Positions 33,626 to 62,111 of a stretch of DNA of 64,000 bases are shown piece by piece. This DNA comes from Eledone cirrhosa (Eukaryota), in NCBI GenBank assembly GCA_964016885.1, contig OZ024748.1:32798001-32862000 (forward strand). The letters are read 5' to 3'. Each line of letters opens with the position of its first letter. Position 1 is the stretch's first letter. A program made the position numbers and the translations under genes. A model generated the notes under the pieces. It was not told the origin of the DNA. It saw only the letters and a program-made list of their open reading frames with translations, and did no database searches.

Positions 33626-33656
<31 letters not shown>

Positions 33657-33849
33657 CATATATTATATACATATATATATATATACATATATATATATAC
33701 ATACATATATATATACATATATATATATATACATATATATATGTATATATATATATAATATGTATATATATATATGTATATATAAATATATATATATAAA
33801 TATAATATATATATGTATATATATGTATATATATATGTATATATGTATT

Positions 33850-33985
<136 letters not shown>

Positions 33986-34051
33986 ACATATATATATACA
34001 TATATATATATATACATATATACATATATATATACATATATATATATATAC

Positions 34052-34084
<33 letters not shown>

Positions 34085-34367
34085 CATATATATACATATA
34101 TATATGGTGGCTGCCAACTCGTTCGAGTACGGCCACTACCTTATATCCATGTAGGAGAACCCCTACCGATGCGCTGAACGAGTGTGTCATTTTAGTCCAG
34201 CACGCGACTTGAAACTCTGGTACAAACACTACACTTGTGACAATTATTGACACATAGTGCTGGGCCCATGGTACCATGTGACGACAAGTGCAGAGAGATC
34301 TCCAGATATAAAGCAATGCCTGTGCCGTGAAGCTTTTATAGTATGTATATAGTATGTAAATAGTATG

Positions 34368-34398
<31 letters not shown>

Positions 34399-34549
34399 GT
34401 ATATATGTATATATGCATGCCAATTCTAACACATATATGTCCTAGAAACGATCATTAAATAATGAACTTTTTTGTTTAATATAAGGAACTGCTTCTTTGT
34501 TTTATTCATTATTTTTTAATATTTTATATATATATATATATACATAATA

Positions 34550-34640
<91 letters not shown>

Positions 34641-34650
34641 TATATATACA

Positions 34651-34690
<40 letters not shown>

Positions 34691-34734
34691 GTATATATAT
34701 ATATATATATATATAATATACATATATATATATT

Positions 34735-35516
<782 letters not shown>

Positions 35517-35646
35517 CATATATATATTCATATATATACATATATATATACATATATATATATACATATATATATATACATATATACATATATATATTCA
35601 TATATATACATATATATATACATATATATATCATACATATATATAT

Positions 35647-35725
<79 letters not shown>

Positions 35726-35750
35726 CATATATATACACATATATATATAC

Positions 35751-35781
<31 letters not shown>

Positions 35782-35794
35782 CACATATATATAG

Positions 35795-35825
<31 letters not shown>

Positions 35826-36049
35826 CACATATATATAGATATATATATATATACATATATATATATACATATATATATATATACATATATATATACATAT
35901 ATATATACATATATATATATATATACATATATACATATATATATACATATATATCTACATATATATATACATATATATATACATATATATAATACATATA
36001 TATATATACATATATATATACATATATATATACATATATATATATATAC

Positions 36050-36082
<33 letters not shown>

Positions 36083-36115
36083 CATATATATACATATATA
36101 TATATATACATATAC

Positions 36116-36182
<67 letters not shown>

Positions 36183-36307
36183 TATATACATATTATATAT
36201 ATACATATATATATGTATATATATATATATGTATATATATAAATATATATATATAAATATATATATATATGTATATATATGTATATATATATATGTATAT
36301 ATGTATT

Positions 36308-36356
<49 letters not shown>

Positions 36357-36370
36357 TATATATATATAAT

Positions 36371-36444
<74 letters not shown>

Positions 36445-36831
36445 CATATATACATATATATATACATATATATATATATACATATATATATACATATATA
36501 TATATACATATATATACATATATATATGGTGGCTTCCAACTCGTTCGAGTACGGCCACTACTTCATATCCATGTAGGAGAACCCCTACCGATGCGCTGAA
36601 CGAGTGTGTCATTTTAGTCCAGCACGCGACTTGAAAACTCTGGTACAAACACTACACTTGTGACAATTATTGACACATAGTGCTGGGCCCATGGTACCAT
36701 GTGACGACAAGTGCAGAGAGATCTCCAGATATAAAGCAATGCCTGTGCCGTGAAGCTTTTATAGTATGTATATAGTATGTATATAGTATGTATATATATA
36801 TATATATTGTATATATATATATGTATATATG

Positions 36832-36864
<33 letters not shown>

Positions 36865-36893
36865 GTATATATATATATTTATATATGTATTTT

Positions 36894-36928
<35 letters not shown>

Positions 36929-36941
36929 GTATATATGTATT

Positions 36942-36981
<40 letters not shown>

Positions 36982-37012
36982 TACATATATATATACATAT
37001 ATATATATGTAC

Positions 37013-37054
<42 letters not shown>

Positions 37055-37096
37055 GTACATATATATATATATACATAAACCTATATATATATGTAC

Positions 37097-37167
<71 letters not shown>

Positions 37168-37244
37168 TAATATATATATATATATATACATATATATATA
37201 CATATATTTATATATATAGATATATATATATATATTACATATAT

Positions 37245-37277
<33 letters not shown>

Positions 37278-37286
37278 TATATATAC

Positions 37287-37323
<37 letters not shown>

Positions 37324-37330
37324 CATATAT

Positions 37331-37365
<35 letters not shown>

Positions 37366-37376
37366 CATATATATAC

Positions 37377-37407
<31 letters not shown>

Positions 37408-37412
37408 CATAC

Positions 37413-37443
<31 letters not shown>

Positions 37444-37451
37444 CATACATA

Positions 37452-37539
<88 letters not shown>

Positions 37540-37761
37540 AATATGTATATATATATGTATATATACATATATGTATATATATATATGTATATATATGTAT
37601 ATATATATATGTATATATATATGTATATATATATATATGTATATATATATATGTATATATATATATGTATATATATATATATGTGTATATATATATATAT
37701 ATGTATATATATATGTATATATGTATATATATATGTATATATATATGTGTATATATATATG

Positions 37762-37807
<46 letters not shown>

Positions 37808-38330
37808 TATCTTGCAGGACTAAAAACAAAACCTGTCAAAGGCAAAGGAGCTCTTAACAGTTAATGACCATCCAAAATCACCGGGAGAGATGACCCCTTA
37901 GCCTTTGTCAAGGCAGAATTCTAGGAGAAGGAAAACTCTGATATAACACCTGCAACCCTGATGGTATCCAATGATGTTGACTTGTTCTTCTTTTTGGTAA
38001 ATATCATCTGGTTAAGAGAGTGGGACTGGCTTTGTGCAGTGCCTTTGCTCACTATAAAAGCTTCACGGCACAGGCATGGCTTTATTTCTGGAGATCTCTC
38101 TGCACTTGTCATCAAATGGTACCATGGGCCCAGCACTATGTGTCAATAATTGTCACAAGTGTAGTGTTTGTACCAGAGTTTTCAAGTCGCTGGCTGGACT
38201 AAAAATCACACTCGTTCAGCGCATCGGTAGGAGTTCTCCTACATGGATATAAAGTAGTGGCCATACTCGAAAACGAGTTGGCAGCCACCATATAAATATG
38301 TATATATATATGTATATATAGGTATATATA

Positions 38331-38437
<107 letters not shown>

Positions 38438-38484
38438 GTATATATATATGTATATATACATATATATGTATATATATATATATG

Positions 38485-38531
<47 letters not shown>

Positions 38532-38850
38532 GTGTATATATATATGTGTATACATATATATGTATATATATATATGTACATATATATATGTATATATACA
38601 TATGTATATATACATATATATATATACATATATGTATATATACATATATATATATACATATATATATATACATATATATATATATACATACATTTTTTAT
38701 TCACATGACCTCTACCGACCAATCAAAATTGTTTTGACCACAAGAATTTTTGCAAACACCAAGTAGCGCTGGAGCCACTTTTTTAACATAAAACCAGTCT
38801 TGGCGCAATATATATGTATATATACATATATATGTATATATATATATATG

Positions 38851-38903
<53 letters not shown>

Positions 38904-39034
38904 GTGTATATATATATGTGTATACATATATATGTATATATATATATGTATAATATATATGTATATATACATATGTATATATACATATATATATATACAT
39001 ATATATATATACATATATATATATATACATACAT

Positions 39035-44319
<5,285 letters not shown>

Positions 44320-44497
44320 TATATATATATATGTATATATACGTAGGTCCCGGGTTGAGTCGGGGATAACCACAGTAAGTAAGGTACTCAATACATGGCA
44401 GAAGATTTCATCTGAATGAAACAGTACTAGTCCTGTAGAAGCTCCTTCTATAAAATAAAAAATATATGTATATATATATATATATATATTCACATTC

Positions 44498-45539
44498 ACA
44501 AACGTTACCTAGATGACTGCTTCATCTTCTGGAACAGAAGCCAAACAGACCTACAAAAATGTTATTCGATCCTAAACAGGCTTCATGAAGCTATACAATT
44601 CACTATGGAATGTAACGAAAAGGAACTGCCCTTTCTAGATATCCTCATCATTAAAGAAAGGGAAAATATCATAACGGACCTATTTTGCAAACCCACTGAC
44701 ACACACCAATACTTAAATTTCCGGTCAGCACACCCCTCACATACGAAAAGGAACATTCCCTTCAACATGGCAAGGCGCATCTGCACTATAGCAACACACC
44801 CCGTACTACAAGAAAAAAGATTATGTGACCTGAAAAAATTCCTTAAAAAACAAGAATACCCGATGAAACTCATCAACGCAGCCATCTCCAAGGCTAAGAA
44901 CATCCCAATAACAACACTGAGAAAACCAAACCCACAACATAAAAAAGAAAACCCTGCTATCTCTTTTGTCATCACTCACAACCCAGGGAACATCAACATT
45001 GTGAAAACTGCTAAGCAGTATCTCCCGATTCTACAGCAATCTACCAAAAAAACACACAGATAATTTATAGCAGACGCCAAGCAGCCAACCTTAAAAAACT
45101 AATTACCAAGGCAAAATTTACGACCAACATGGAATCAATGCAAGTGACGAATTGCGGGGACTCTAGATGTGGAACCTGTGAACTCATCGAAGAGGGCAAA
45201 CAGTTGTCATTCAAAAACCATGATAATTTCAAGGTCAATGCTAACATGAACTGCAAAACGAAAAACCTAATATATTGCGCAATATGTCCACAGTGTAAAG
45301 AGTATTACATTGGGGAAACCGGAACGGGATTACATGATAGAGTCCGGGTACATAAACAACAGATTAAAGACCCCACAGTCAGAAATACCACATGTAGCGC
45401 ACACTTTGCATCATGCGGGAAGGGAAAATTCACAATCTTCCCTTTCTTCAAGATATGGTCGGATAACGAACATTTCCGCAGATATAAAGAAGAATTCTTC
45501 ATTGAAAAATTTAAACCACTACTGAACACGAAAAAATGA
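44498..45539 (+). pseudogene. Second Neptune-like PLE, 5'-truncated (RT end, thumb, GIY-YIG)
   Basis: [49 protein letters not shown]; disrupted near 45060. Confidence 0.88.
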
Positions 45540-45786
45540 ATTAACACTCGGAGGTAAAATTCCATTTCACTACCCCCCCCCCTCTTCTTATGTATACACA
45601 TGAATATCTGAATAAACGGTGAGACACACACATATATGTGTGTAGGGATGTATGGATGTATGTACGTGTGGGTATATATGTATGTGGGTGGGTGTATGTG
45701 TGTGTGTATGTGTGTGTATATATATACATATATGTATGGATGTGTGTATGTTTGTATGTGTGTGTGTATATATATATGTATATATA

Positions 45787-45837
<51 letters not shown>

Positions 45838-45912
45838 ATATATGTGTATATGTACATGTATGTATGTGTATGTTTGTATATATGTGTGTGTGTATATGTG
45901 TGTGTGTGTATA

Positions 45913-45963
<51 letters not shown>

Positions 45964-46118
45964 GTATATATGGATAGATATGTATGTTTATGTATGTGTA
46001 TGTACCTATATATATGTGTGTGTATGTGTGTATGTATGTGCATATATGTACATATGTGTGTACATGTGTGTGTATACATGTGTGTGTACATGTGTGTGTA
46101 TATGTGTGTGTGTGTATA

Positions 46119-46156
<38 letters not shown>

Positions 46157-46160
<4 letters not shown>

Positions 46161-46389
46161 TAAACAAATAATGAATAAACAATTCCTTATATTAAACAAA
46201 AAAAGTTCATTATTTAACGATCGTTTCTAGGGTATATATGTGTTATAATTGGTATGCATATTCAACAGATCTATGTACAAAATTATACAAAATTATACAA
46301 ATTATCAAGATTAAATATACATACCTAACACATATATACGCCGTCTTCAGAAATAAACACTACCGTAAACTCTTGGTAGATTTATCTAC

Positions 46390-46421
<32 letters not shown>

Positions 46422-46646
46422 GTATATATGGATAGATATGTATGTTTATGTATGTGTATGTACCTATATATATGTGTGTGTATGTGTGTATGTATGTGCA
46501 TATATGTACATATGTGTGTACATGTGTGTATGTTTCTGTTTGTGTATATGTATGTATGTATGTAGATGTATGTGTGTGTATGTATATGTATGTATATGTA
46601 TATGTATGTGTATGTGTATATGTGTCTTTATGTGCTCGTGTATACG

Positions 46647-46734
<88 letters not shown>

Positions 46735-46963
46735 TAAACAAATAATGAATAAACAATTCCTTATATTAAACAAAAAAAGTTCATTATTTAACGATCGTTT
46801 CTAGGGTATATATGTGTTATAATTGGTATGCATATTCAACAGATCTATGTACAAAATTATACAAAATTATACAAATTATCAAGATTAAATATACATACCT
46901 AACACATATATACGCCGTCTTCAGAAATAAACACTACCGTAAACTCTTGGTAGATTTATCTAC

Positions 46964-46995
<32 letters not shown>

Positions 46996-47220
46996 GTATA
47001 TATGGATAGATATGTATGTTTATGTATGTGTATGTACCTATATATATGTGTGTGTATGTGTGTATGTATGTGCATATATGTACATATGTGTGTACATGTG
47101 TGTATGTTTCTGTTTGTGTATATGTATGTATGTATGTAGATGTATGTGTGTGTATGTATATGTATGTATATGTATATGTATGTGTATGTGTATATGTGTC
47201 TTTATGTGCTCGTGTATACG

Positions 47221-47260
<40 letters not shown>
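46157..47260. repeat. 574-bp tandem duplication containing a minus-strand HHR pLTR fragment and TG/TA microsatellite
   Basis: Identical short ORFs at 46238 and 46812; identical flanking microsatellite pattern. Confidence 0.85.
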
Positions 47261-47273
<13 letters not shown>

Positions 47274-47608
47274 GTGTATGTGTGTGTGTATGTATATGTG
47301 TGTATGTGTATATATATGTATATATGTGTGTATGTATATATGTGTATATATATATATGTATATGTATGTATGTATGTACATGTATGTGTATGCATGTATG
47401 TGTGTATGTATGTACTTGTATGTGTATGTGTATGTATGTGTGTATATATATACACATGTATATATATATATGTGCCTATGTATGTGTGTGTATATATATA
47501 TGTATATGGATATGTATGTATGTGTATATGTGTGTATGTATCTGTATGTATTTATGTGTACATATGTGTATATGTATGTGTATGTATGTGTGTGTATATA
47601 TGTGTATA

Positions 47609-47675
<67 letters not shown>

Positions 47676-47932
47676 GCCTCTCTCTTTATATGTGTATATA
47701 TATATATATATATATAGATGTATGGGTGTATGTGTGTGTATGTATGCATGTATGTGTGAACGGAGGGGTATATATACGGACATATGTATATGTGTGTGTG
47801 TGTGCGTGTGTGTATGTACACACGTGCGTGTGTGTGTGTGTGTGTGTGTGTGCGTGTATGTGTGTATATATGTATATTTAGTTATGTATCTTTATGTGTG
47901 TATATGTATGTATGTGTATGTAGGTATATGTA

Positions 47933-48031
<99 letters not shown>

Positions 48032-48916
48032 ATGTGTGTGTATGTGTATGTATATATATTTATATATATATATGTATATGTATGTATGTATATGTGTATG
48101 TATGTGTGTATATGTGTATATATATATGTACCCATGTGGAGGTATGTGTACATATTCGTGTGTGTACGTATGTGTATGTGTGTTTTTATATGTGTCTCTA
48201 TATGTTTTTGTGTATGTAATTGTACAGGGGTGTGTGATTGATGGTGTGTGCCTATATATTCCTACATATGCCCGTGTGTGTATGTACATATATGCACACA
48301 TATATATGTGTGTGTTGAACAAAGGACTAACTTTGGGATGGACGTAGAAAAATTCTTCAGGAAAAAAAGAAAAAAATAATTATTCACAAGCTTGACAGGT
48401 GCGATTTGCCTGTGACCATTCTCAACAGAAAAGCGATGCTAAAAGCTTTTTCCCCTGAATAAAGGAATTTTTCGAGAATGACCGGGGCAAGCCGCACTTG
48501 CTAAGTTTCTCCCCACCCAACCCTACTCACCTTCTCAACTCATTAGTGCTATGAACACTTTCTCAACACACCTACACCCATGCACTTATTAAAGGGGGAG
48601 AAAAGAAACCCCTACCACACCACAGACATGTTAAATCCCTATATATAGAACAACACACCACATACACATCAGTTTGACAAGCGCACCTCAGCGTGAAAGG
48701 TCTTTCTAAAAACGAAACAATACCTCCTACGTTAACCAAGAACTCCTAAGACCTAATCAACAACCAACAACTTAATTTATAAAATAATTTTTTTTAATAA
48801 AAAATATTTTTTTTGGATTTTGTGAAGAAAATAAATTTGTTGAAAGCACAAGTGAAGCCATTTTTTCTTCCCCCCTGTCTTAATATACCTAACTGTACCA
48901 AGGATTACACACATTT

Positions 48917-49002
<86 letters not shown>

Positions 49003-49006
<4 letters not shown>

Positions 49007-50418
49007 TCATCATCATCATCAACGTTTAACGTCCGTGTTCCACGCTTGCATGGGTTTGGACGGGGGTAGTCCCACTTGAGGCAAGAGTGATTGTCTTGCT
49101 CGCATAGGACTGTCTGGCAGGTTTTCTACAGTTGGATGCCCTTCCTAACACCAACCACATTTACAGTGTGGGTCTGGGAGGTTTTTACCGTGTTGCCTAC
49201 ACGGCCACATTACAGCGTGGACTGTGTGTTTTTTTGTCGTGACACCTACACGATCTCATTTGTTTCGGCCTGGATGGTGTGGCACCAACATAACTTTACA
49301 TAGAAGGGGGCAGTGTGGATGGGGTGGGGGTGGTGGGACGGGGGTGTATTTTGTTAGAGATGCCTACTGACTGTAGTAGGTTTTACTTTGTATTTAGGTG
49401 AGGCGGGTCTTCTCTATTACTGAGTACCGCCAAAGGTCTCGGTCCAGTGACATTGTCTTGGTGAGGTGTAAGTGTGTGAGGTCGGAGTTTATCAGCTCGT
49501 CCCAGGTTTTTCTGGGTCTGCCTATTCCGTGGCTACCGTCTATCTTTATTGCCCTGCACTTTGTTATACAGCTATCGTCCTTCATGCGCAACGTAGCCTT
49601 CTCTCTAGTAAACAACATCTGATCCCTCTTTTTTCTAATTTTTTCCTTAGTTCGTTTATGCTTTGTCGTTCACGTATATTACTATTACACATCCAGCGGA
49701 GCATGCAAGCTTCGTTTCTCTCTAGTCTGCGTATATCCTCTGCACACAATGCCCAGGTCTCACTGCCATGCAACATTGCTGTTCGTATGCAGGCATCGTA
49801 CAGCCTGCCTTTCATTTTTAGGGAGAACCCTTTAGCGGCTAATAGTGGTATAAGCTCTCTGAACTTTTTCCACCCAGTTCTGACTCTAGCTACTGTACTT
49901 TCAGAGCACCCTCCCCCACTGCTCATTTTGTCACCCAGGTAACGGAAGCTGTCCACTATTTCTATAGAACCCTTATGCGCAGTTGAAAGAGCTAGTATTT
50001 TGTGGGCACTTGCTGCTACTTATTTCCCCAGAACACCGGCCACATGTAAAATCTATGTTCTTAGTTAGCTTACCTGTGATCCCACTACATCTTTTATGAA
50101 CCCAAACTTTGCATTTGGGACACAAAATGGAATTTCTACCTACGCCTTTCCTACACTCTGCGCATGGCCACTTCCCGGAGGGGACCGCCGCCTTATTTTC
50201 TTTCTTACAAACTAGAACTTTAGTCTTAGCTAGGTTAATTTTAAGGCCTTTTAATTCTAGGCCGTGCTTCCATGTTTGGAATTTCTTCTCTAGCTCGGCC
50301 ATTGATTCAGCTATGAGCATTAGATCATCTGCGTATAGGAGTTCCCATGGGCAGCCGGTCTTGAACTCCACTGTTATAGCCTGAAGGGCAATAATAAATA
50401 GTAGGGGACTAAGAACAC
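49003..50418 (-). mobile_element. 5'-truncated RTE-like LINE (RT C-half with inserted Cys/His finger; 3' UTR; (GAT)n tail)
   Basis: [28 protein letters not shown]...CPKC..WVHKRC...CGRC, FRYLG, LHGSETW, GRPRKTW; catcatcat at ~49004. Confidence 0.88.
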
Positions 50419-50439
50419 AGATATATATATATATATGTA

Positions 50440-50506
<67 letters not shown>

Positions 50507-50609
50507 GTATACATATGTATATATATATATGTATATATATATATGCATATATATATATATAGATATATACATATATACATATATATATATACAGATATAT
50601 ACATATACA

Positions 50610-50667
<58 letters not shown>

Positions 50668-50801
50668 CATATATATGTATATACATATGTATATATATAT
50701 ACATATATACATATATATATATATACATATATATATATACATATATATATGTATATATATGTATATATATATATATATGTATATATATATGTGTATATAT
50801 A

Positions 50802-50852
<51 letters not shown>

Positions 50853-50915
50853 GTATATATATATGTGTGTATATATATATGTATATATATATGTGTGTAT
50901 ATATATGTATGTATA

Positions 50916-51516
<601 letters not shown>

Positions 51517-51521
51517 GTATG

Positions 51522-51598
<77 letters not shown>

Positions 51599-51619
51599 CT
51601 ATGTGTACATATATATATG

Positions 51620-51651
<32 letters not shown>

Positions 51652-51812
51652 TATATGTACATATATATATATGTATATATACATGTATATATATATATAT
51701 GTACATATATATATATGTATAAATATATGTATATATATATATATGTACATATATATATAAGTATATATATATATATATATATATATGTACATATATATAT
51801 ATATGTATATAT

Positions 51813-51879
<67 letters not shown>

Positions 51880-51925
51880 TAAATATATATGTATATATAT
51901 ATATATATATATATAAATATATATG

Positions 51926-51960
<35 letters not shown>

Positions 51961-51991
51961 GTATATATATATATATATGTATATATATATG

Positions 51992-52028
<37 letters not shown>

Positions 52029-52037
52029 GTACATATA

Positions 52038-52298
<261 letters not shown>

Positions 52299-52319
52299 AT
52301 ATATATATATGTACATATA

Positions 52320-52602
52320 TAATATAATTTAGAGTTTTCACTTATCAGTCAAATACAATTATTTAGCTCTAAGAAATATTTCTGAGCAGTACAATACAAT
52401 TTAATATAAAATTATGATCAACACTAATGTGCTTTTTTTTGCAAATTGACAATAATTTAGCCAGATAGAAATACCTTAATTCAAATACATATAGTCCGCC
52501 TGTATCGATCTAAAAAATATTAAATCTATACTCACAGACGTATTATTGTCAATTTGCAAAAAAAAGCACGTTAGTGTTGATCATAATTTTATATTAAATT
52601 GT
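52320..52602. repeat. TA-flanked fragment with ~60-bp inverted repeat (related fragment at 1678-1785)
   Basis: tacaatttaatataaaattatgatcaacactaa at ~52396 and its complement ending ~52602. Confidence 0.7.
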
Positions 52603-52610
52603 ATATGTAC

Positions 52611-52643
<33 letters not shown>

Positions 52644-52646
52644 TAT

Positions 52647-52924
52647 GCCCCCACACACCACACTGCAAGGTGGTCGTGGAGGTGCCACAGCAAAAAAGCA
52701 CCCAGCCCGCACTCTAAAGTGGACGTGTAGGCGCCACGAAAAAGCACCCAGCACTCACTTTAAATGAGGTTGGTGTTAGGAAGGGCATCCAGTTGTAGAA
52801 ATCAAGCCAGATCAGTTCCTGTATGAGCAAGGCATGGTCAGCCTACCAGACACTGCCCATAACAGGACAACCCGTCTAACCCATGCTAGCGTGGAAGAAC
52901 GGACGTAAAACGGTGATGATGATA
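52647..52924 (+). mobile_element. SINE or LINE 3' fragment sharing the RTE 3' tail and (GAT)n end
   Basis: ggaagggcatccag...aacccatgctagcgtggaagaacggacgtaaaacggtgatgatgat; 52796-52924 nearly identical to 56372-56495. Confidence 0.7.
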
Positions 52925-52943
52925 TATATATATATATATATAT

Positions 52944-55241
<2,298 letters not shown>

Positions 55242-55263
55242 TATATATATATATTTATATATG

Positions 55264-55373
<110 letters not shown>

Positions 55374-55479
55374 TATATATATATATTTATATATGTATAT
55401 ATATATGTATATATATATTTATATATGTATATATATATATATGTATATATATGTATATATATACATGTATATATATATG

Positions 55480-55515
<36 letters not shown>

Positions 55516-55531
55516 TGTATATATATACATG

Positions 55532-55604
<73 letters not shown>

Positions 55605-55617
55605 GCATATATATATG

Positions 55618-55650
<33 letters not shown>

Positions 55651-55713
55651 GTGTGTATATACATATATATTTATATATATATATATATATATATATGTAG
55701 ATACATATATATG

Positions 55714-55805
<92 letters not shown>

Positions 55806-55810
55806 TATAC

Positions 55811-55861
<51 letters not shown>

Positions 55862-55862
55862 C

Positions 55863-55951
<89 letters not shown>

Positions 55952-55954
55952 CAT

Positions 55955-56504
55955 ATGCATACAAATGCAAACAATGGGTACACAAGAGATGTAGCGGGAT
56001 CTCAGGAAGCTTAATTAAGAATGTAGGATTCACATGCAGCAGCTGTGCTGAAACAGCAAGCAGCAAACAGCGACAGGAAACAAGTACCACCAATCTCTGG
56101 GAGGGCCCTGTAGAAACAGTAGACAGCTTCTGCTACCTAGGTGACCGAATTAGCAACGGAGGTGGGTGTTCAGAAAGTACAATAACTAGGGTAAGAACGG
56201 GATGGAAGAAGTTTAGGGAACTACTACCACTGCTAGCTGCAAAAGGCTTCTCCCTCAGAATGAAAGGCAGACTGTATGATGCGTGTATCCGAACAGCGAT
56301 GTTGCATGGTAGTGAAACCTGGGCGCTGAAGGTGGAAGACTTACGTAGATTAGAGAGAGATGAAGCCTGCATAGAAATCAAGCCAGATCAGTTCCTGTAT
56401 GAGCAAGGCATGGTCAGCTGACCAGACACTGCACACAACAGGACAACCCGTCTAACCCATGCCAGCGTGGAAGAACGGACGTAAAACGGTGATGATGATG
56501 ATGA

Positions 56505-56508
<4 letters not shown>
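55955..56508 (+). mobile_element. Internally deleted RTE-like LINE fragment with (GAT)n tail
   Basis: [12 protein letters not shown]...FCYLGD...[11 protein letters not shown]...LHGSETW, then a jump to the 3' UTR at ~56372. Confidence 0.85.
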
Positions 56509-56553
<45 letters not shown>

Positions 56554-56562
<9 letters not shown>

Positions 56563-57030
56563 CGTAAAATAAGAAAATTTTTTTAAAAGATTTTTTAAAA
56601 AATTTAACTTACTTAAATTTTCACTCCAACTAATTAGTTTCTGCAATGGGATAAAGACAGTTACGTAATCTAACTGTCGAGAATTCATTGCGTCATCAGG
56701 GAGTCTATTCTCAGCTAAGTCTCCAGGCAATGCGCGGACACTGGGGGCTCATATAAAAATAATAATAATTCGGTAGATGGAACAGCTAGCGGGGACTGAA
56801 TTCCATGCACTGAAATCCTCACTGCCTCTAGTTAAATGGCCGATTCTAAAGAATCAATCACGTGACACAGAGGCTAGTCAGTAGGAATGGGATGGTAAGA
56901 TGACAGACGCCTACTAACACCCCCCAAAAAAATTTAGAAGTGGTTTTGGTAGGTTGGAGTGAAAATTTAAGTAAGTTAAAGTTAAAAAAAAAAAATTTTT
57001 TTTAAATTTTCTTATTTTACGTCTTTTATA
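56554..57030. repeat. MITE-like element with ~75-bp imperfect inverted repeats
   Basis: ataaaagacgtaaaataagaaaattt...aaattttcactccaac pairs with gttggagtgaaaattt...ttacgtcttttat. Confidence 0.7.
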
Positions 57031-57077
57031 TTATTGTTCTGCATCCTCCTGCATTGAACCACCTAGGTACTATGACA

Positions 57078-58416
<1,339 letters not shown>

Positions 58417-58426
58417 TATATATATG

Positions 58427-58549
<123 letters not shown>

Positions 58550-58553
58550 CTAT

Positions 58554-60866
58554 CTAAGGCGGGTAAAATTCCCGAGATCCATGGACGAGTTCTCTCCAGC
58601 GGTCTCTGTCCCTCATTATCGCTGCCATATCCTGCATCTCCAACAGACCAGTGTCTGTCCTTAGGGCATCAACATATGTTAACCTTGGTCTTCCTCTTCT
58701 AGTGTGTCCATGTAGGGGCTCCCAAAGGAGCACTGAGTGCAATGTCAACTCTGGATGTCGGTGAGCATGTCCAGCCAATCTCAGTCTCCTCTGTGTCACT
58801 TTTGAGCTGACTTTTGGGATGCTCCCATACAGCTCTGAGTTTTTCATCCTCAGTGTATACTGATTAATGTTCAGAGCCATCCTCAGCATTCTCGTGTAGC
58901 ACCCATCCACCATCTGAGTGAGTCTCTTGGTCAGTGTCCAAGTCTCAGACCCATACAGCAGCACAGACTCCACTACAGCAATGAAGAGGCGGATTTTCAG
59001 GTCTCTACGAAGGTCCGACTTCCACACCGATCTCAAGCTGTGACACGCCGCCCAGGCCTTGCTCTTCCTCCCAACCACATCTACTTCCGTATTCCCAATC
59101 TTTGCTCCCAAATACAGGAAGTCCTCAACCAATTCCAGCGGCTTCCCGCCTACATTAGTGATCCCCTCTGGCTTCTCAACATTCTCCACCAGATATTTTG
59201 TTTTAGTCTCATTCATTCTCAGCCCCACACTCATCGACACAGTCTCAACCTCCCGCATCAAATCCTCTGCCTCCTTCACTGTATTTGTCACCAAAACTAT
59301 GTCGTCGGCAAATTCAGCATCCGATACCTTTTTCGCCCCAACTCTCCTGCTCTGAGCCGGTGCTACAGTAAAGCCAGTGTCCTGGTATTTCTCCAGTGCA
59401 AGGCGCATACAATAGTCCACTACGATGATAAAAAGGTAGGGAGCCAATGTATATCCCTGGAGCACTCCAGCCAGTATCTCAAAGAACTCTGTCATCCCAT
59501 CAGGTGTAATGACTTGGGCTTTGGTGTTGGTGTAGAGCAGTGATATCAGGTCCACTATCCTCTTGGGGATTCCATAAGCCTGTAAGATCTTCATCAGGCA
59601 GTAACGGTCCACAGAATCAAAGGCCTTCCTAAAGTCAATGAAAACCATGACCGCAGGAAGGCACTTTGCTCTAGCTCCCTCTAATATCCTCCTCAGCATC
59701 AGGATGTGACTGGTGGTTGATCTACCCTCTCTGAAGCCGTTCTGGTTGTCCCTGAGCTTCTTCTCCATCTCAGGCTGGATCCTGTTAAGAATCATCCTGT
59801 TGAGGGTCTTTGCCACAAGTGACGTCAGTGAGATCCCCCGGTAGTTGTTGGTGTTAGAGAGATCTCCCTTCTTTGGCACTGGGACGATGTTACTGATCCT
59901 CCACTGATTCGGGGCAACTCCTTTCTCCAGTGCCCCGTTACAGAACCCCAGGATGATATCATCAAAATCACACCTCTTCATCACCTCTGATGCCACTCCA
60001 TCCTCTCCATGAGCCTTGCCCTCCTTGATCTTCTTCTTGGCTCTCTGAAGCTCCTCTCTGGTGAAGGGCTCTGTCTCAACATCCAGTTCCTCAAACAGCC
60101 GCCTGATCTCCCCACTGCTCTGGGCTGTGGAGGGTGGCTCTCCTAGTAGGGTCCTAAAATGGTCTAGCCATTTCCTCTTCCTATCCTCGGGCCCCATTCC
60201 CTGGATCTGACTCGAACACCTTTTCTTCCTCCCTGTGATCTCGTTGATGATCATCCAGCTCTCCTTACATCCAGATCTGTCAACCGCTCTCTCCACACTT
60301 CTGATCTTCTCTATCAGTGCCTCCTCTCTGACCTCAGTGTAAGCGGTACAGAGCTCTTCCCTCATCACCTCCACAGTCTCCATCCTCTCCTCCGTAGGAT
60401 CAGCATAAAATTGGTCCCTGGCAGCTTTCAGGTGTTCTCTGGCCGCACACACTTTTGGGTTTGCAGAGCTGACGTGCTTCCCTTTGTTCTTTTTCCTCGG
60501 CACCAGGGTTTCACTTGCTTTCGCCACTGCATTGGCGAAGTGCCCGTACCTCCTCGTCACACTCTCCTCAGTCCATCCAATCTCTCTCTCCTCTGACTCT
60601 CCACACAGAGCACTAAACCTGTTTCTCACTTCCACTGTGAACCTCTCCTGTAGCTTATCATCTTCCTTGAAAGCTCCCCAGTCATAGATTGTTCTCCGGG
60701 GCTGAGCCCTGCTCTTTCTTAAGCTCACGCGAACCTCACTCATAACAAGCCGGTGGTCACTACCCCGTGTACTGAAATAGCTGTATGGTTCCGTGTTCAG
60801 AACACTATTCCGCCACTTTTTCCTCACCAGAATGAAATCAATCTGGGACTTGGACAGGTGCATATC
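58554..60866 (-). CDS. APE-type non-LTR retrotransposon ORF (endonuclease C-terminus + RT), RTE-like, open to the stop codon
   Basis: [75 protein letters not shown]. Confidence 0.93.
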   Translation of the reverse strand, partial: DMHLSKSQIDFILVRKKWRNSVLNTEPYSYFSTRGSDHRLVMSEVRVSLRKSRAQPRRTIYDWGAFKEDDKLQERFTVEVRNRFSALCGESEEREIGWTEESVTRRYGHFANAVAKASETLVPRKKNKGKHVSSANPKVCAAREHLKAARDQFYADPTEERMETVEVMREELCTAYTEVREEALIEKIRSVERAVDRSGCKESWMIINEITGRKKRCSSQIQGMGPEDRKRKWLDHFRTLLGEPPSTAQSSGEIRRLFEELDVETEPFTREELQRAKKKIKEGKAHGEDGVASEVMKRCDFDDIILGFCNGALEKGVAPNQWRISNIVPVPKKGDLSNTNNYRGISLTSLVAKTLNRMILNRIQPEMEKKLRDNQNGFREGRSTTSHILMLRRILEGARAKCLPAVMVFIDFRKAFDSVDRYCLMKILQAYGIPKRIVDLISLLYTNTKAQVITPDGMTEFFEILAGVLQGYTLAPYLFIIVVDYCMRLALEKYQDTGFTVAPAQSRRVGAKKVSDAEFADDIVLVTNTVKEAEDLMREVETVSMSVGLRMNETKTKYLVENVEKPEGITNVGGKPLELVEDFLYLGAKIGNTEVDVVGRKSKAWAACHSLRSVWKSDLRRDLKIRLFIAVVESVLLYGSETWTLTKRLTQMVDGCYTRMLRMALNINQYTLRMKNSELYGSIPKVSSKVTQRRLRLAGHAHRHPELTLHSVLLWEPLHGHTRRGRPRLTYVDALRTDTGLLEMQDMAAIMRDRDRWRELVHGSREFYPP

Positions 60867-61517
<651 letters not shown>

Positions 61518-61544
61518 GTATATATATATATGTATATATATCTA

Positions 61545-61793
<249 letters not shown>

Positions 61794-61834
61794 GTATATA
61801 TGTATATATATATGTATATATGTATATATATATG

Positions 61835-61869
<35 letters not shown>

Positions 61870-61871
61870 GG

Positions 61872-62038
<167 letters not shown>

Positions 62039-62058
62039 TATGTGTATATATATATCAG

Positions 62059-62111
<53 letters not shown>

